Below, in pieces: positions 36,931 through 56,752 of a stretch of DNA of 64,000 nucleotides (its first letter is position 1; each line of letters begins with the position of its first letter). The translations under genes and the position numbers were made by a program. The stretch is from the human T2T-CHM13v2.0 reference genome, Homo sapiens: the NCBI RefSeq assembly GCF_009914755.1, contig NC_060948.1, one strand, 5' to 3'. The notes beneath the pieces are model-generated. The model was not told the DNA's origin. It made no database searches and was given only the letters and a program-made list of their open reading frames with translations.

Positions 36931-39058
36931 AGATCCATATTTTTTAAAAGAAAAAAAATTTCAAAGGTACTCTGCTTGGTACAATAATCAAATGTATAAA
37001 CTGAGGAATAAAACATAACCATGAAACCTACTTATAACTGTATACGGAAAATACAGAGGATAATTTTTTAAATAACATATTTTGAAAGCCTTAACTAGTA
37101 ATTTGAAGAGTTGGCATTTGAAAGGCCAGTATGAATATACCTTCAAAGCAGCAACACAGGTTCCCCATGAGAAAAAGCAAACTCAGGGAAAATAAAACCA
37201 CAAAGGTTCCATCTCTTCTGACCTTTGAAAGACACAGCACAGACAGTGGTCCTTAGGACGAAGAGCAGGAGACCCCTAATTCCGTCACCATGGCGATAGG
37301 GCATAAACATTGCTGGGTGAGGGCACAATCCACATTGTGAGGTCCAACTGCTGCCAGGAAGACAGGAGTGCTTTTACATAGACCGAAAGGTCATTGAAGG
37401 CTCAGAGTTTTGTTTCAAGAACTGAATCCCAAGCCCACACGTTATTAGGCTGCGCTTCTTAAAACAAGTTATGAGATGGGAAAAAGGGCACCCACAAACA
37501 TACGTATACATTATGTATATAATAATATACAGTATCATATATATAATATATATAACCTATGTATAATATTGTTTTACATCCTGCATCTTATAATATATAT
37601 ATTGTATAAAATATAATAATTGATAATATATAAGTTTTATATTTATACAATATGACATATAGTATATATTATAATTTATGACATATATAATATATGTTAT
37701 ATATCATATATAGAATATATTATACGGTTAATATACGTATTAAATATAAATTATACTTTATGTATATTATATATAATATATCTGTTATATAAAATACCCA
37801 TTATGCATAATATATATGTTATGTCTATGTTATATATAGTATAAAACAACATATAATAATATATAATTGTATATATAAAATGCGACATATAATATATATT
37901 ATATTTTGTGACATATGTAAAATATATTATATATTATATATAATACGTTGTATGTATAATACCTATATTAAATATATATTGTATGACTATGTTATTAATT
38001 ACATGTCACATATGTTATATATTATATATTTTACATAGAATATACCGGTTACATACAATATATACTATGTTACCTATAATGTATAATTGATTACATGTAA
38101 AATAAAGAATGCAATATATTATGTATAATTTATAATATACAATATGTGGAATGTGATATATATAACATATAATGTATGATATAAGATATACAGTATATGA
38201 TATATAACATACAATATATGATACCTAATATATATGGTATACAATATATATTTTATGATATGTATTCTATATGTTTTATATTCTGTTATATATAACTATT
38301 TGAAATTATATATAACTGTATAATATTTTATGTAAATATGTAATATAATATTTATAACCATATAATATATTATATATAACTATATATTATGTTATATATA
38401 CTTTTATAACATAATTTACATAAAATATCATAATATAATATATATTATATTATTTCATATTACATAATATATATTACATATCACCCAATATAATTAACAT
38501 ACATAATATTATAATATAGATTATATTATGTTATATTAAATATCATATATATCATGTATCATATATTCTATAATATATATTATACATTATATAATATGTA
38601 TGTTGTCTATTATGTGATATATATAACTATATATATAATTATATTATTATACATATAACTAGATAAACATGTAATTCGACATATTTTCATTTATAATATA
38701 TAGAATTATATAATCATATATAATTATTTATATTCTATAAAAAATTATATCATTATATAAATTATAATATATAAAAATTATAACATGTACTACAAATATA
38801 TATATTATATATCATATATGATATAGCACCTTTGTTATATATCATAATACATACAAATGTGTATTATGTTATCTATAATTGTAAAATTTCATATATAAGA
38901 TGTATAATGTGTATTATATATTATATATGTTATGTAATATATGTAGTATATATAAGATGACACAGGATAAATATTATGTACTATGACATATAAAATATAT
39001 GAGGTTATATGTTACGTATAAGGCATAGCACATAACACGTAATATATATCATATATAA

Positions 39059-39350
<292 letters not shown>

Positions 39351-41478
39351 AGATCCATATTTTTTAAAAGAAAAAAAATTTCAAAGGTACTCTGCTTGGT
39401 ACAATAATCAAATGTATAAACTGAGGAATAAAACATAACCATGAAACCTACTTATAACTGTATACGGAAAATACAGAGGATAATTTTTTAAATAACATAT
39501 TTTGAAAGCCTTAACTAGTAATTTGAAGAGTTGGCATTTGAAAGGCCAGTATGAATATACCTTCAAAGCAGCAACACAGGTTCCCCATGAGAAAAAGCAA
39601 ACTCAGGGAAAATAAAACCACAAAGGTTCAATCTCTTCTGACCTTTGAAAGACACAGCACAGACAGTGGTCCTTAGGACGAAGAGCAGGAGACCCCTAAT
39701 TCCGTCACCATGGCGATAGGGCATAAACATTGCTGGGTGAGGGCACAATCCACATTGTGAGGTCCAACTGCTGCCAGGAAGACAGGAGTGCTTTTACATA
39801 GACCGAAAGGTCATTGAAGGCTCAGAGTTTTGTTTCAAGAACTGAATCCCAAGCCCACACGTTATTAGGCTGCGCTTCTTAAAACAAGTTATGAGATGGG
39901 AAAAAGGGCACCCACAAACATACGTATACATTATGTATATAATAATATACAGTATCATATATATAATATATATAACCTATGTATAATATTGTTTTACATC
40001 CTGCATCTTATAATATATATATTGTATAAAATATAATAATTGATAATATATAAGTTTTATATTTATACAATATGACATATAGTATATATTATAATTTATG
40101 ACATATATAATATATGTTATATATCATATATAGAATATATTATACGGTTAATATACGTATTAAATATAAATTATACTTTATATATATTATATATAATATA
40201 TCTGTTATATAAAATACCCATTATGCATAATATATATGTTATGTCTATGTTATATATAGTATAAAACAACATATAATAATATATAATTGTATATATAAAA
40301 TGCGACATATAATATATATTATATTTTGTGACATATGTAATATATATTATATATTATATATAATACGTTGTATGTATAATACCTATATTAAATATATATT
40401 ATATGACTATGTTATTAAATACATGTCACATATGTTATATATTATATATTTTACATAGAATATACCGGTTACATACAATATATACTATGTTACCTATAAT
40501 GTATAATTTATTACATGTAAAATAAAGAATGCAATATATTATGTATAATTTATAATATACAATATGTGGAATGTGATATATATAACACATAATATATGAT
40601 ATAAGATATACAGTATATGATATATAACATACAATATATGATACCTAATATATATGGTATACAATATATATTTTATGATATGTATTCTATATGTTTTATA
40701 TTCTGTTATATATAACTATTTGAAATTATATATAACTGTATAATATTTTATGTAAATATGTAATATAATATATATAACCATATAATATATTATATATAAC
40801 TATATATTATGTTATATATACTTTTATAACATAATTTACATAAAATATCATAATATAATATATATTATATTATTTCATATTACATAATATATATTACATA
40901 TCACCCAATATAATTAACATACATAATATTATAATATAGATTATATTATGTTATATTAAATATCATATATATCATGTATCATATATTCTATAATATATAT
41001 TATACATTATATAATATGTATGTTGTCTATTATGTGATATATATAACTATATATATAATTATATTATTATACATATAACTAGATAAACATGTAATTCGAC
41101 ATATTTTCATTTATAATATATAGAATTATATAATCATATATAATTATTTATATTCTATAAAAAATTATATCATTATAAAAATTATAATATATAAAAATTA
41201 TAACATGTACTACAAATATATATATTATATATCATATATGATATAGCACCTTTGTTATATATCATAATACATACAAATGTGTATTATGTTATCTATAATT
41301 GTAAAATTTCATATATAAGATGTATAATGTGTATTATATATTATATATGTTATGTAATATATGTAGTATATATAAGATGACACAGGATAAATATTATATA
41401 CTATGACATATAAAATATATGAGGTTATATGTTACGTATAAGGCATAGCACATAACACGTAATATATATCATATATAA

Positions 41479-41770
<292 letters not shown>

Positions 41771-43898
41771 AGATCCATATTTTTTAAAAGAAAAAAAATT
41801 TCAAAGGTACTCTGCTTGGTACAATAATCAAATGTATAAACTGAGGAATAAAACATAACCATGAAACCTACTTATAACTGTATACGGAAAATACAGAGGA
41901 TAATTTTTTAAATAACATATTTTGAAAGCCTTAACTAGTAATTTGAAGAGTTGGCATTTGAAAGGCCAGTATGAATATACCTTCAAAGCAGCAACACAGG
42001 TTCCCCATGAGAAAAAGCAAACTCAGGGAAAATAAAACCACAAAGGTTCCATCTCTTCTGACCTTTGAAAGACACAGCACAGACAGTGGTCCTTAGGACG
42101 AAGAGCAGGAGACCCCTAATTCCGTCACCATGGCGATAGGGCATAAACATTGCTGGGTGAGGGCACAATCCACATTGTGAGGTCCAACTGCTGCCAGGAA
42201 GACAGGAGTGCTTTTACATAGACCGAAAGGTCATTGAAGGCTCAGAGTTTTGTTTCAAGAACTGAATCCCAAGCCCACACGTTATTAGGCTGCGCTTCTT
42301 AAAACAAGTTATGAGATGGGAAAAAGGGCACCCACAAACATACGTATACATTATGTATATAATAATATACAGTATCATATATATAATATATATAACCTAT
42401 GTATAATATTGTTTTACATCCTGCATCTTATAATATATATATTGTATAAAATATAATAATTGATAATATATAAGTTTTATATTTATACAATATGACATAT
42501 AGTATATATTATAATTTATGACATATATAATATATGTTATATATCATATATAGAATATATTATACGGTTAATATACGTATTAAATATAAATTATACTTTA
42601 TATATATTATATATAATATATCTGTTATATAAAATACCCATTATGCATAATATATATGTTATGTCTATGTTATATATAGTATAAAACAACATATAATAAT
42701 ATATAATTGTATATATAAAATGCGACATATAATATATATTATATTTTGTGACATATGTAATATATATTATATATTATATATAATACGTTGTATGTATAAT
42801 ACCTATATTAAATATATATTATATGACTATGTTATTAATTACATGTCACATATGTTATATATTATATATTTTACATAGAATATACCGGTTACATACAATA
42901 TATACTATGTTACCTATAATGTATAATTTATTACATGTAAAATAAAGAATGCAATATATTATGTATAATTTATAATATACAATATGTGGAATGTGATATA
43001 TATAACATATAATGTATGATATAAGATATACAGTATATGATATATAACATACAATATATGATACCTAATATATATGGTATACAATATATATTTTATGATA
43101 TGTATTCTATATGTTTTATATTCTGTTATATATAACTATTTGAAATTATATATAACTGTATAATATTTTATGTAAATATGTAATATAATATATATAACCA
43201 TATAATATATTATATATAACTATATATTATGTTATATATACTTTTATAACATAATTTACATAAAATATCATAATATAATATATATTATATTATTTCATAT
43301 TACATAATATATATTACATATCACCCAATATAATTAACATACATAATATTATAATATAGATTATATTATGTTATATTAAATATCATATATATCATGTATC
43401 ATATATTCTATAATATATATTATACATTATATAATATGTATGTTGTCTATTATGTAATATATATAACTATATATATAATTATATTATTATACATATAAGT
43501 AGATAAACATGTAATTCTACATATTTTCATTTATAATATATAGAATTATATAATCATATATAATTATTTATATTCTATAAAAAATTATATCATTATATAA
43601 ATTATAATATATAAAAATTATAACATGTACTACAAATATATATATTATATATCATATATGATATAGCACCTTTGTTGTATATCATAATACATATAAATGC
43701 GTATTATGTTATCTATAATTATAAAATTTCATATATAAGATGTATAATGTGTATTATATATTATATATGTTATGTAATATATGTAGTATATATAAGATGA
43801 CACAGGATAAATATTATATACTATGACATATAAAATATATGAGGTTATATGTTACATATAAAGCATAGCACATAACACGTAATATATATCATATATAA

Positions 43899-44189
43899 TT
43901 TTTTTTAGACAGAGTCTTGTCCTGTTGCACAGGGTGGAGTAAAATGACGCCATGTTTGCTCACTGCAACATCTGCATCACGGGTCCAAGCGATTGTCCTC
44001 CCTCAGCCTCCCAGGTAGCTGGGACTACACCACACTGGGTCTACACCAGCTGCCACCATACCTAGCTAATTTTTTGGGATTTTATTAATGACAGCGTTTC
44101 ACTGTATTGGCCAGGATGGTCTTGATCTCTTCACCTTGTGATCCCCTTGCCTTGGCCTCCAAATTTGCTGGGATTACAGGCCTGAGCCA
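43899..44189 (-). mobile_element. Alu, DYZ2 unit 19
   Basis: Copy sharing private variants with unit 2; T8 tail. Confidence 0.95.
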
Positions 44190-46314
44190 AGATCCATATT
44201 TTTTAAAAGAAAAAAAATTTCAAAGGTACTCTGCTTGGTACAATAATCAAATGTATAAACTGAGGAATAAAACATAACCATGAAACCTACTTATAACTGT
44301 ATACGGAAAATACAGAGGATAATTTTTTAAATAACATATTTTGAAAGCCTTAACTAGTAATTTGAAGAGTTGGCATTTGAAAGGCCAGTATGAATATACC
44401 TTCAAAGCAGCAACACAGGTTCCCCATGAGAAAAAGCAAACTCAGGGAAAATAAAACCACAAAGGTTCCATCTCTTCTGACCTTTGAAAGACACAGCACA
44501 GACAGTGGTCCTTAGGACGAAGAGCAGGAGACCCCTAATTCCGTCACCATGGCGATAGGGCATAAACATTGCTGGGTGAGGGCACAATCCACATTGTGAG
44601 GTCCAACTGCTGCCAGGAAGACAGGAGTGCTTTTACATAGACCGAAAGGTCATTGAAGGCTCAGAGTTTTGTTTCAAGAACTGAATCCCAAGCCCACACG
44701 TTATTAGGCTGCGCTTCTTAAAACAAGTTATGAGATGGGAAAAAGGGCACCCACAAACATACGTATACATTATGTATATAATAATATACAGTATCATATA
44801 TATAATATATATAACCTATGTATAATATTGTTTTACATCCAGCATCTTATAATATATATATTGTATAAAATATAATAATTGATAATATATAAGTTTTATA
44901 TTTATACAATATGACATATAGTATATATTATAATTTATGACATATATAATATATGTTATATATCATATATAGAATATATTATACGGTTAATATACGTATT
45001 AAATATAAATTATACGTTATATATATTATATATTATATATCTGTTATATATAATACCCATTATGCATAATATATATGTTATGTCTATGTTATATATAGTA
45101 TAAAACAACATATAATAATATATAATTGTATATATAAAATGCGACATATAATATATATTATATTTTGTGACATATGTAATATATATTATATATTATATAT
45201 AATACGTTGTATGTATAATACCTATATTAAATATATATTATATGACTATGTTATTAATTACATGTCACATATGTTATATATTATATATTTTACATAGAAT
45301 ATACCGGTTACATACAATATATACTATGTTACCTATAATGTATAATTTATTACATGTAAAATAAAGAATGCAATATATTATGTATAATTTATAATATACA
45401 ATATGTGGAATGTGATATATATAACATATAATGTATGATATAAGATATAAAGTATATGATATATAACATACAATATATGATACCTAATATATATGGTATA
45501 CAATATATATTTTATGATATGTATTCTATATGTTTTATATTCTGTTATATATAACTATTTGAAATTATATATAACTGTATAATATTTTATGTAAATATGT
45601 AATATAATATATAACTATATAATATATTATATATAACTATATATTATGTTATATATACTTTTATAACATAATTTACATAAAATATCATAATATACTATAT
45701 ATTTTATTATTTCATATTACATAATATATATTACATATCACCCAATATAAGTAACATACATAATATTATAAAATAGATTATATTATGTTATATTAAATAT
45801 CATATATATCATGTATCATATATTCTATAATATATATTATACATTATATAATATGTATGTTGTCTATTATGTGATATATATAACTATATATATAATTATA
45901 TTATTATACATATAACTAGATAAACATGTAATTCTACATATTTTCATTTATAATATATAGAATTATATAATCATATATAATTATTTATATTCTAAAAAAA
46001 TTATATCATTATATAAAATATAATATATAAAATTTATAATATGTACTACAAATATATATATTATATATCATATATGATATAGTACCTTTGTTATATATCA
46101 TATTACATATAAATGTGTATTATGATACCTAGAATTATATAATTTCATATATAAGATGTATAATATGTATTACATATTGTATATGTTATGTAATATATAT
46201 AGTATATATAAGATGACACAGGATAAATATTATATACTATGACATATAAAATATATGAGGTTATATGTTACATATAAGGCATAGCACATAACATGTAATT
46301 GATATCATATATAA

Positions 46315-46607
46315 TTTTTTTTTTAGACAGAGTCTTGTCCTGTTGCACAGGGTGGAGTACAATGGCGCCATCTTTGCTCACTGCAACATCTGCCTCACGG
46401 TTCCAAGCGATTGTGCTCCCTCAGCTTCCCAGGTAGCTGGGACTACACCACACTGGGACTACCCGAGCTGCCACCATGCCTAGCTAATTTTTTGGAATTT
46501 TAGTAGTGACAGCGTTTCACTGTATTGGCAAGGATGGTCTTGATCTCTTCACCTTGTGATCCCCTTGCCTTGGCCTCCAAATTTGCTGGGATTACAGGCC
46601 TGAGCCA
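46315..46607 (-). mobile_element. Alu, DYZ2 unit 20
   Basis: Copy with several private substitutions; T10 tail. Confidence 0.95.
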
Positions 46608-48708
46608 AGATCCATATTTTTTAAATGAAAAAAAATTTCAAAGGTACTCTGCTTGGTACAATAATCAAATGTATATACTGAGGAATAAAACATAACCATG
46701 AAACCTACTTATAACTGCATATGGAAAATACAGAGGATAATTTTTTAAATAACATATTTTGAAAGCCTTAACTAGTAATTTGAAGAGTTGGCATTTGAAA
46801 GGCCAGTATGAATATACCTCCAAAGCAGCAACACAGGTTCCCCATGAGAAAAAACAGACTCAGGGAAAATAAAACCAAATAGGTTCAATCTCTTCTGACC
46901 TTTGAAAGACACAGCACAGACAGTGGTCCTTAGGACGAAGAGCAGGAGACCCCTAATTCCGTCACCATGGCGATAGGGCATAAACATTGCTGGGTGAGGG
47001 CACAATCCACATTGTGAGGTCCAAGTTCTGCCAGGAAGACAAGAGTGCTTTTACATAGACCGAAAGGTCATTGAAGGCTCAGAGTTTTGTTTCAAGAACT
47101 GAATCCCAAGCCCACACGTTATTAGGCAGTGCTTCTTAAAACAAGTTATGAGATGGGAAAAAGGGCACCCACAAACATACGTATACATTATGTATATAAT
47201 AATATACAGTATCATATATATAATATATATAACCTATGTATAATATTGTTTTACATCCTGCATCTTATACTATATATATTGTATAAAATATAATAATTGA
47301 TAATATATAAATTTTACATTTATACAATATGACATATAGTATATATTATAATTTATGACATATATATTATATGTTATATATCATATATAGAATATATTAT
47401 ACGGTTAATATACGAATTATATATAAATTATATATTATATACATTATATATAATATATCTGTTATATATAATACCCATTATGCATAATATATATATTATG
47501 TCTATGTTATATATAGTATAAAACAACATATAATAATATATAATTGTATATATAAAATGTGACATATAATATATATTATATTTTATGACATATGTCATAT
47601 ATATTATATATTATATATAATACGTTGTATGTATAATACCTATATTAAATATATATGATATGACTATGTTATTAATTACATGTGACATGTGTTACATATT
47701 ATATATTTTACATAGAATATACCGGTTACATACAATATATACTATGTTACCTACAATGTATAATTCATTACATGTAAAATAAAGAATGGAATATATTATG
47801 TATAATTTATAATATACAATATGTGGAATGTGATATATATAACATATAATATATGATATATGATATACAGTATATGATATATAACATACAATATATGATA
47901 CCTAATATATATGGTATACATTATATATTTTATGATATGCATTCTATATGTTTTATATTCTGTTATATATAACTATTTGAAATTATATATAACTGTATAA
48001 TATTTTATGTAAATATGTAATATAATATATATAGCTATATAATATATTATATATAACTATATATTATGTTATATATACTTTTATAACATAATTTACATAA
48101 AATATCATAATATAATATATATTATATTATTTCATAATACATAATATATATTATATATCACCCAATATAAGTAACATACATAATATTATAATATAGATTA
48201 TATTATGTTATATTAAATATCATATATATCATGTATGATATATAATAATATATATTATACATTATATAATATGTATGTTGTCTATTATGTGATATATATA
48301 ACTATATATATAATTATATTATTATACATATAACTAGATAAACGTGTAATTCTACATATTTTCATTTATAATATACAGAATTATATAATCATATATAATT
48401 ATTTATATTCTATAAAAAATTATATCATTATATATTATAATATATAAAAATTATAATATGTACTACTAATATATATATTATATATCATATATGATATAGT
48501 ACCTTTGTTATATATCATAATACATATAAATGTGTATTATGTTATCTATAATTATATAATTTCATATATAAGATGTATAATATGTATTATATATTATATA
48601 TGTTATGTAATATATATAGTATATATAAGATGACACAGGATAAATATTATATACTATGACATATAAAATATATGAGGTTATATGTTACATATAAGGCATA
48701 GCACATAA

Positions 48709-49023
<315 letters not shown>

Positions 49024-51121
49024 AGATCCATATTTTTTAAATGAAAAAAAATTTCAAAGGTACTCTGCTTGGTACAATAATCAAATGTATAAACTGAGGA
49101 ATAAAACATAACCATGAAACCTACTTATAACTGCATATGGAAAATACAGAGGATAATTTTTTAAATAACATATTTTGAAAGCCTTAAGTAGTAATTTGAA
49201 GAGTTGGTATTTGAAAGGCCAGTATGAATATACCTTCAAAGCAGCAACACAGGTTCCCCATGAGAAAAAGCAAACTCAGGGAAAATAAAACCACAAAGGT
49301 TCAATCTCTTCTGACCTTTGAAAGACACAGCACAGACAGTGGTCCTTAGGACGAAGAGCAGGAGACCCCTAATTCCGTCACCATGGCGATAGGGCATAAA
49401 CATTGCTGGGTGAGGGCACAATCCACATTGTGAGGTCCAACTGCTGCCAGGAAGACAGGAGTGCTTTTACATAGACCGAAAGGTCATTGAAGGCTCAGAG
49501 TTTTGTTTCAAGAACTGAATCCCAAGCCCACACGTTATTAGGCTGCGCTTCTTAAAACAAGTTATGAGATGGGAAAAAGGGCACCCACAAACATACGTAT
49601 ACATTATGTATATAATAATATACAGTATCATATATATAATATATATAACCTACGTATAATATTGTTTTACATCCTGCATCTTATGTTATATATATTGTAT
49701 AAAATATAATAATTGATAATATATAAGTTTTATATTTATACAATAAGACATATAGTATATATTATAATTTATGACATATATAATATATGTTATATATCAT
49801 ATATAGAATATATTATACGGTTAATATACGTATTAAATATAAATTATACATTATATATATTATATATAATATATCTGTTATATATAATACCCATTATGCA
49901 TAATATATATATTATGTCTATGTTATATATAGTAGAAAACAACATATAATAATATATAATTGTATATATAAAATGCGACATATAATATATATTATATTTT
50001 ATGACATATATAATATATATTATATATTATATATAATACGTTGTATGTATAATACCTATATTAAATATATATTATATGACTATGTTATTAATTACATGTC
50101 ACATGTGTTATATATTATATATTTTACATAGAATATACCGGTTACATACAATATATACTATGTTACCTACAATGTATAATTTATTACATGTAAAATAAAG
50201 AATGCAATATATTATGTATAATTTATAATATTCAATATGTGGAATGTGATATATATAACATATAATATATGATATATGATATACAGTATATGATATATAA
50301 CATACAATATATGATACCTAATATATATGGTATACAATATATATTTTATGATATGTATTCTATATGTTTTATATTCTGTTATATATAACTATTTGAAATT
50401 ATATATAACTGTATTATATTTTATGTAAATATGTAATATAATATATATAACTATATAACATATTATATATAACTATATATTATGTTTTATATACTTTTAT
50501 AACATAATTTACATAAAATATCATAATATAATATATATTATATTATTTCATATTACATAATATATATTACATATCACCCAATATAAGTAACATATATAAT
50601 ATTATAATATAGATTATATTATGTTATATTAAATATCATATATATCATGTATCACATATTCTATAATATATATTACACATTATATAATATGTATGTTGTC
50701 TATTATGTGATATATGTAACTATATATATAATTATATTATTATACATATAACTAAATAAACATGTAATTCTACATATTTTCATTTATAATATATAGAATT
50801 ATATAATCATATATATCATTATTTATATTCCATAAAAAATTATATCATTATATAAATTATAATATATAAAAATTATAATATGTACTACAAATATATATAT
50901 TATATATCATATATGATATAGTACCTTTGTTATATATCATAATACATATAAATGTGTATTATGTTATCTATAATTATATAATTTCATATATAAGATGTAT
51001 AATATGTATCATATATTATATATGTTATGTAATATATATAGTATATATAAAATGACACAGGATAAATATTATATACTATGACATATAAAATATATGAGGT
51101 TATAATATATATCATATATAA

Positions 51122-51413
<292 letters not shown>

Positions 51414-53507
51414 AGATCCATATTTTTTAAATGAAAAAAAATTTCAAAGCTACTCTGCTTGGTACAATAATCAAATGTATAAACTGAGGAATAAAACATA
51501 ACCATGAAACCTACTTATAACTGCATATGGAAAATACAGAGGATAATTTTTTAAATAACATATTTTGAAAGCCTTAACTAGTAATTTGAAGAGTTCGCAT
51601 TTGAAAGGCCAGTATGAATATACCTTCAAAGCAGCAACACAGGTTCCCCATGAGAAAAAGAAAACTCAGGGAAAATAAAAACACAAAGGTTCAATCTCTT
51701 CTGACCTTTGAAAGACACAGCACAGACAGTGGTCCTTAGGACGAAGAGCAGGAGACCCCTAATTCCGTCACCATGGCGATAGGGCATAAACATTGCTGGG
51801 TGAGGGCACAATCCACATTGTGAGGTCCAACTGCTGCCAGGAAGACAGGAGTGCTTTTACATAGACCGAAAGGTCATTGAAGGCTCAGAGCTTTGTTTCA
51901 AGAACTGAATCCCAAGCCCACACGTTATTAGGCTGCGCTTCTTAAAACAAGTTATGAGATGGGAAAAAGGGCACCCACAAACATACGTATACATTATGTA
52001 TATAATAATATACAGTATCATATATATAATATATATAACCTATGTATAATATTGTTTTACATCCTGCATCTTATGTTATATATATTGTATAAAATATAAT
52101 AATTGATAATATATAAGTTTTATATTTATACAATATGACATATAGTATATATTATAATTTATGACATATATAATATATGTTATATATCATATATAGAATA
52201 TATTATACGGTTAATATACGTATTAAATATAAATTATACATTATATATATTATATATAATATATCTGTTATATATAATACCCATTATGCATAATATATAT
52301 TATGTCTATGTTATATATAGTATAAAACAACATATAATAATATATAATTGTATATATAAAATGCGACATATAATATATATTATATTTTATGACATATGTA
52401 TTATATATTATATATTATATATAATACGTTGTACGTATAATAACTATATTAAATATATATTATATGACTATGTTATTAATTACATGTCACATATGTTATA
52501 TATTATATATTTTACATAGAATATACCGGTTACATACAATATATACTATGTTACCTATAATGTATAATTGATTACATGTAAAATAAAGAATGCAATATAT
52601 TATGTATAATTTATAATATACAATATGTGGAATGTGATATATATAACAAATAATATATGATATATGATATACAGTATATGATATATAACATACAATATAT
52701 GATACCTAATGTATATGGTATACAATATATATTTTATGATATGTATTCTATATGTTTTATATTCTGTTGTATATAACTATTTGAAATTATATATAACTGT
52801 ATAATATTTTATGTAAATATGTAATATAATATATATAACTATATAATATATTATATATAATTATATATTATGTTATATATACTTTTATAACATAATTTAC
52901 ATAAAATATCATAATATAATATATATTATATTATTTCATATTACATAATATATCTTACATATCACCCAATATAAGTAACATACATAATATTATAATATAG
53001 ATTATATTATGTTATATTAAATATCATATATATCATGTATCATATATTCTATAATATATATTATACATTATATAATATGTATGTTGTCTATTATGTGATA
53101 TATATAACTATATATATAATTATATTATTATACATATAACTAGATAAACATGTAATTCTACATATTTTCATTTATAATATATAGAATTATATAACCATAT
53201 ATAATTATTTATATTCTATAAAAAATTATATCATTATATAAATTATAATATATAAAAATTATAATATGTACTACAAATATATATATTATATATCATATAT
53301 GATATAGTACCTTTGTTATATATCATAATACATATAAATGTGTATTATGTTATCTATAATTATATAATTTCATATATAAGATGTATAATATGTATTATAT
53401 ATTATATATGTTATGTATTATACATAGTATATATAAGATGACACAGGATAAATATTATGTACTATGACATATAAAATATATGAGGTTATAATATATATCA
53501 TATATAA

Positions 53508-53799
<292 letters not shown>

Positions 53800-55894
53800 A
53801 GATCCATATTTTTTAAATGAAAAAAAATTTCAAAGGTACTCTGCTTGGTACAATAATCAAATGTATAAACTGAGGAATAAAACATAACCATGAAACCTAC
53901 TTATAACTGTATACGGAAAATACAGAGGATAATTTTTTAAATAACATATTTTGAAAGCCTTAACTAGTAATTTGAAGAGTTTGCATTTGAAAGGCCAGTA
54001 TGAGTATACCTTCAAAGCAGCAACACAGGTTCCAAATGAGAACAATCAAACTCAGGGAAAATAAAACCACAAATGTACACTCTGTTCTGATCTTTGAAAA
54101 ACACAGCACAGACAGTGGCACTTAGGACCAAGAGCAGGAGATCCCTAATCCCGTCACCATGGCGATAGGGCATAAACATTGCGGGGTGAGGGCACAATGC
54201 ACATTGTGAGGTCCAATTGCTGCCAGGAAGATAGGAGTGCTTTTACATAGACCGAAAGGTCATTGAAGGCTCAGTGTTTCGTTTCAAAAACTGAATCCCA
54301 AGCCCACACGTTATTATGCTGCTCTTCTTAAAACAAGTTATGAGAAGGGAAATAGGGCACCCACAAACATACGTATATATTATGTATATAATAATATACA
54401 CTATCTTATATATAATATATATAACCTATGTATAATATTGTTCTACATCCTGCATCTTATATTATATATATTATATGTAATATAATAATTGATAATATAT
54501 AAGTTTATATTTATACAATATGACATATAATATATATTATATTTTATGACATATATAATATAGATTATATATCATATATAGAATATACTATACGGTTAAT
54601 ATACTTATTAAATATATAATATACATTATATATATTATATCTACGTTATATATAACATTAACTATAGATAATATATATATTATATCTAGCTTATATATAA
54701 TATAAAATAACAGATAATAATATATAATTGTATATATAAAATATGACATATAATATATAATATATTTTATGACACATATATCATATATATTATATATTAT
54801 ATATAATATGTTGTATGTATAATACATATATTATATATATATTATAAGTCTAAATTATTAATTATATGTAATATATGTTATATATTACATATTTTACATT
54901 TAATACACATGTTACATACAATATATACTATGTTACATGTAACCTAGAATTTATTATATATAATATAATGTATGTCATATATTATATATACTTTATAGTA
55001 TGCAATATGTGGAATGTGATATATATAACATGTAATATATGATATATGATATACGATATATGATATATAATATACAATATATGATACATTATATATGGTA
55101 TACAATATATATTTTATGATATATATTATATATGTTTTATATTATATTATACATAACTATTTAATTATATATAACTCTATAATATTGTAGGTAAATATAT
55201 AATATAATACATATAACCATATATTAAGTTATTTATAATTTTATTACGTACATTCAATAATATATCATAATATAATATATATTATATTATATTATTTTAT
55301 ATTACATAATATATATTATATATCACATAGTATGTGTTACATACATAATATTTAAATATATATTATATTATGATATATTAAATATTATATATATTATGTA
55401 TGCTATACTGTATAATATATATTATATATTATATAATATGCAGGGTGTCTATTATATGATATATATTATAATATATATAATTATATTATACATATAACGA
55501 TATAAATATGTAATTATATTTATCATTATTTATATTACATATAGTTATATAATCATATATAATAATTTATATTACAAAAATAATTATATCATTTTATAAA
55601 TTATAGTATATATAAATTATAATATGTGATAAATAATATATATTATATATCATATATGATATAGTATATATGTTATATATCATATTATATATCAATTTAT
55701 GTTATGATATCTATAATTATATATTTTCATATATAAGATGTATAATATGAATTATATATTATATATGTTATTAAATATATACTTTATATAAAATGACACA
55801 GGATAAATGTTATATATTATGACATATGATATATATGCGGTTATATATTATATATGAAGCATATTACATAACATATAATATATATCATATATAA

Positions 55895-56186
<292 letters not shown>

Positions 56187-56752
56187 AGATCCATATTTTT
56201 TAAATGAAAAAAAATTTCAAAGTTATTCTGCTTGGTACAATAATCAAATATATAAACTGAGGGTTAAAACATAACCTTGGAACATATTTATAACTGCATA
56301 TGGATAATACAGAGGATAATTTTTTAAATAACATATTTTGAAAGCGTTAACTAGTAATTTGAAGAGTTGGCATTTGAAAGGCCAGTATGAATATACCTTC
56401 AAAGCAGCAACACAGGTTCCCCATGAGAAAAATCAAACTTAGGGAAAATAAAACCACAAAGGTTCAATCTTTTCTGACCTTTGAAAGACACAGCACAGAC
56501 AGTGGTCCTTAGGACGAAGAGCAGGAGACCCCTAATTCCGTCACCATGGCGATAGGGCATAAACATTGCTTGTTGAGGGCACAATCCACATTGTGAGGTC
56601 CAACTGCTGCCAGGAAGACAGGAGTGCTTTTACATAGACCCAAAGGTCATTGAAGGCTCAGTGTTTTGTTTCAAAAACTGAATCCCAAGCCCACACGTTA
56701 TTATGCTGTGCTTCTTAAAAAAAGTTATGAGATGGGAAATAGGGCACCCACA
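56187..56752. repeat. HSATI module of terminal DYZ2 unit 24 (diverged)
   Basis: Homologous to 645-1212 with more substitutions. Confidence 0.85.
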
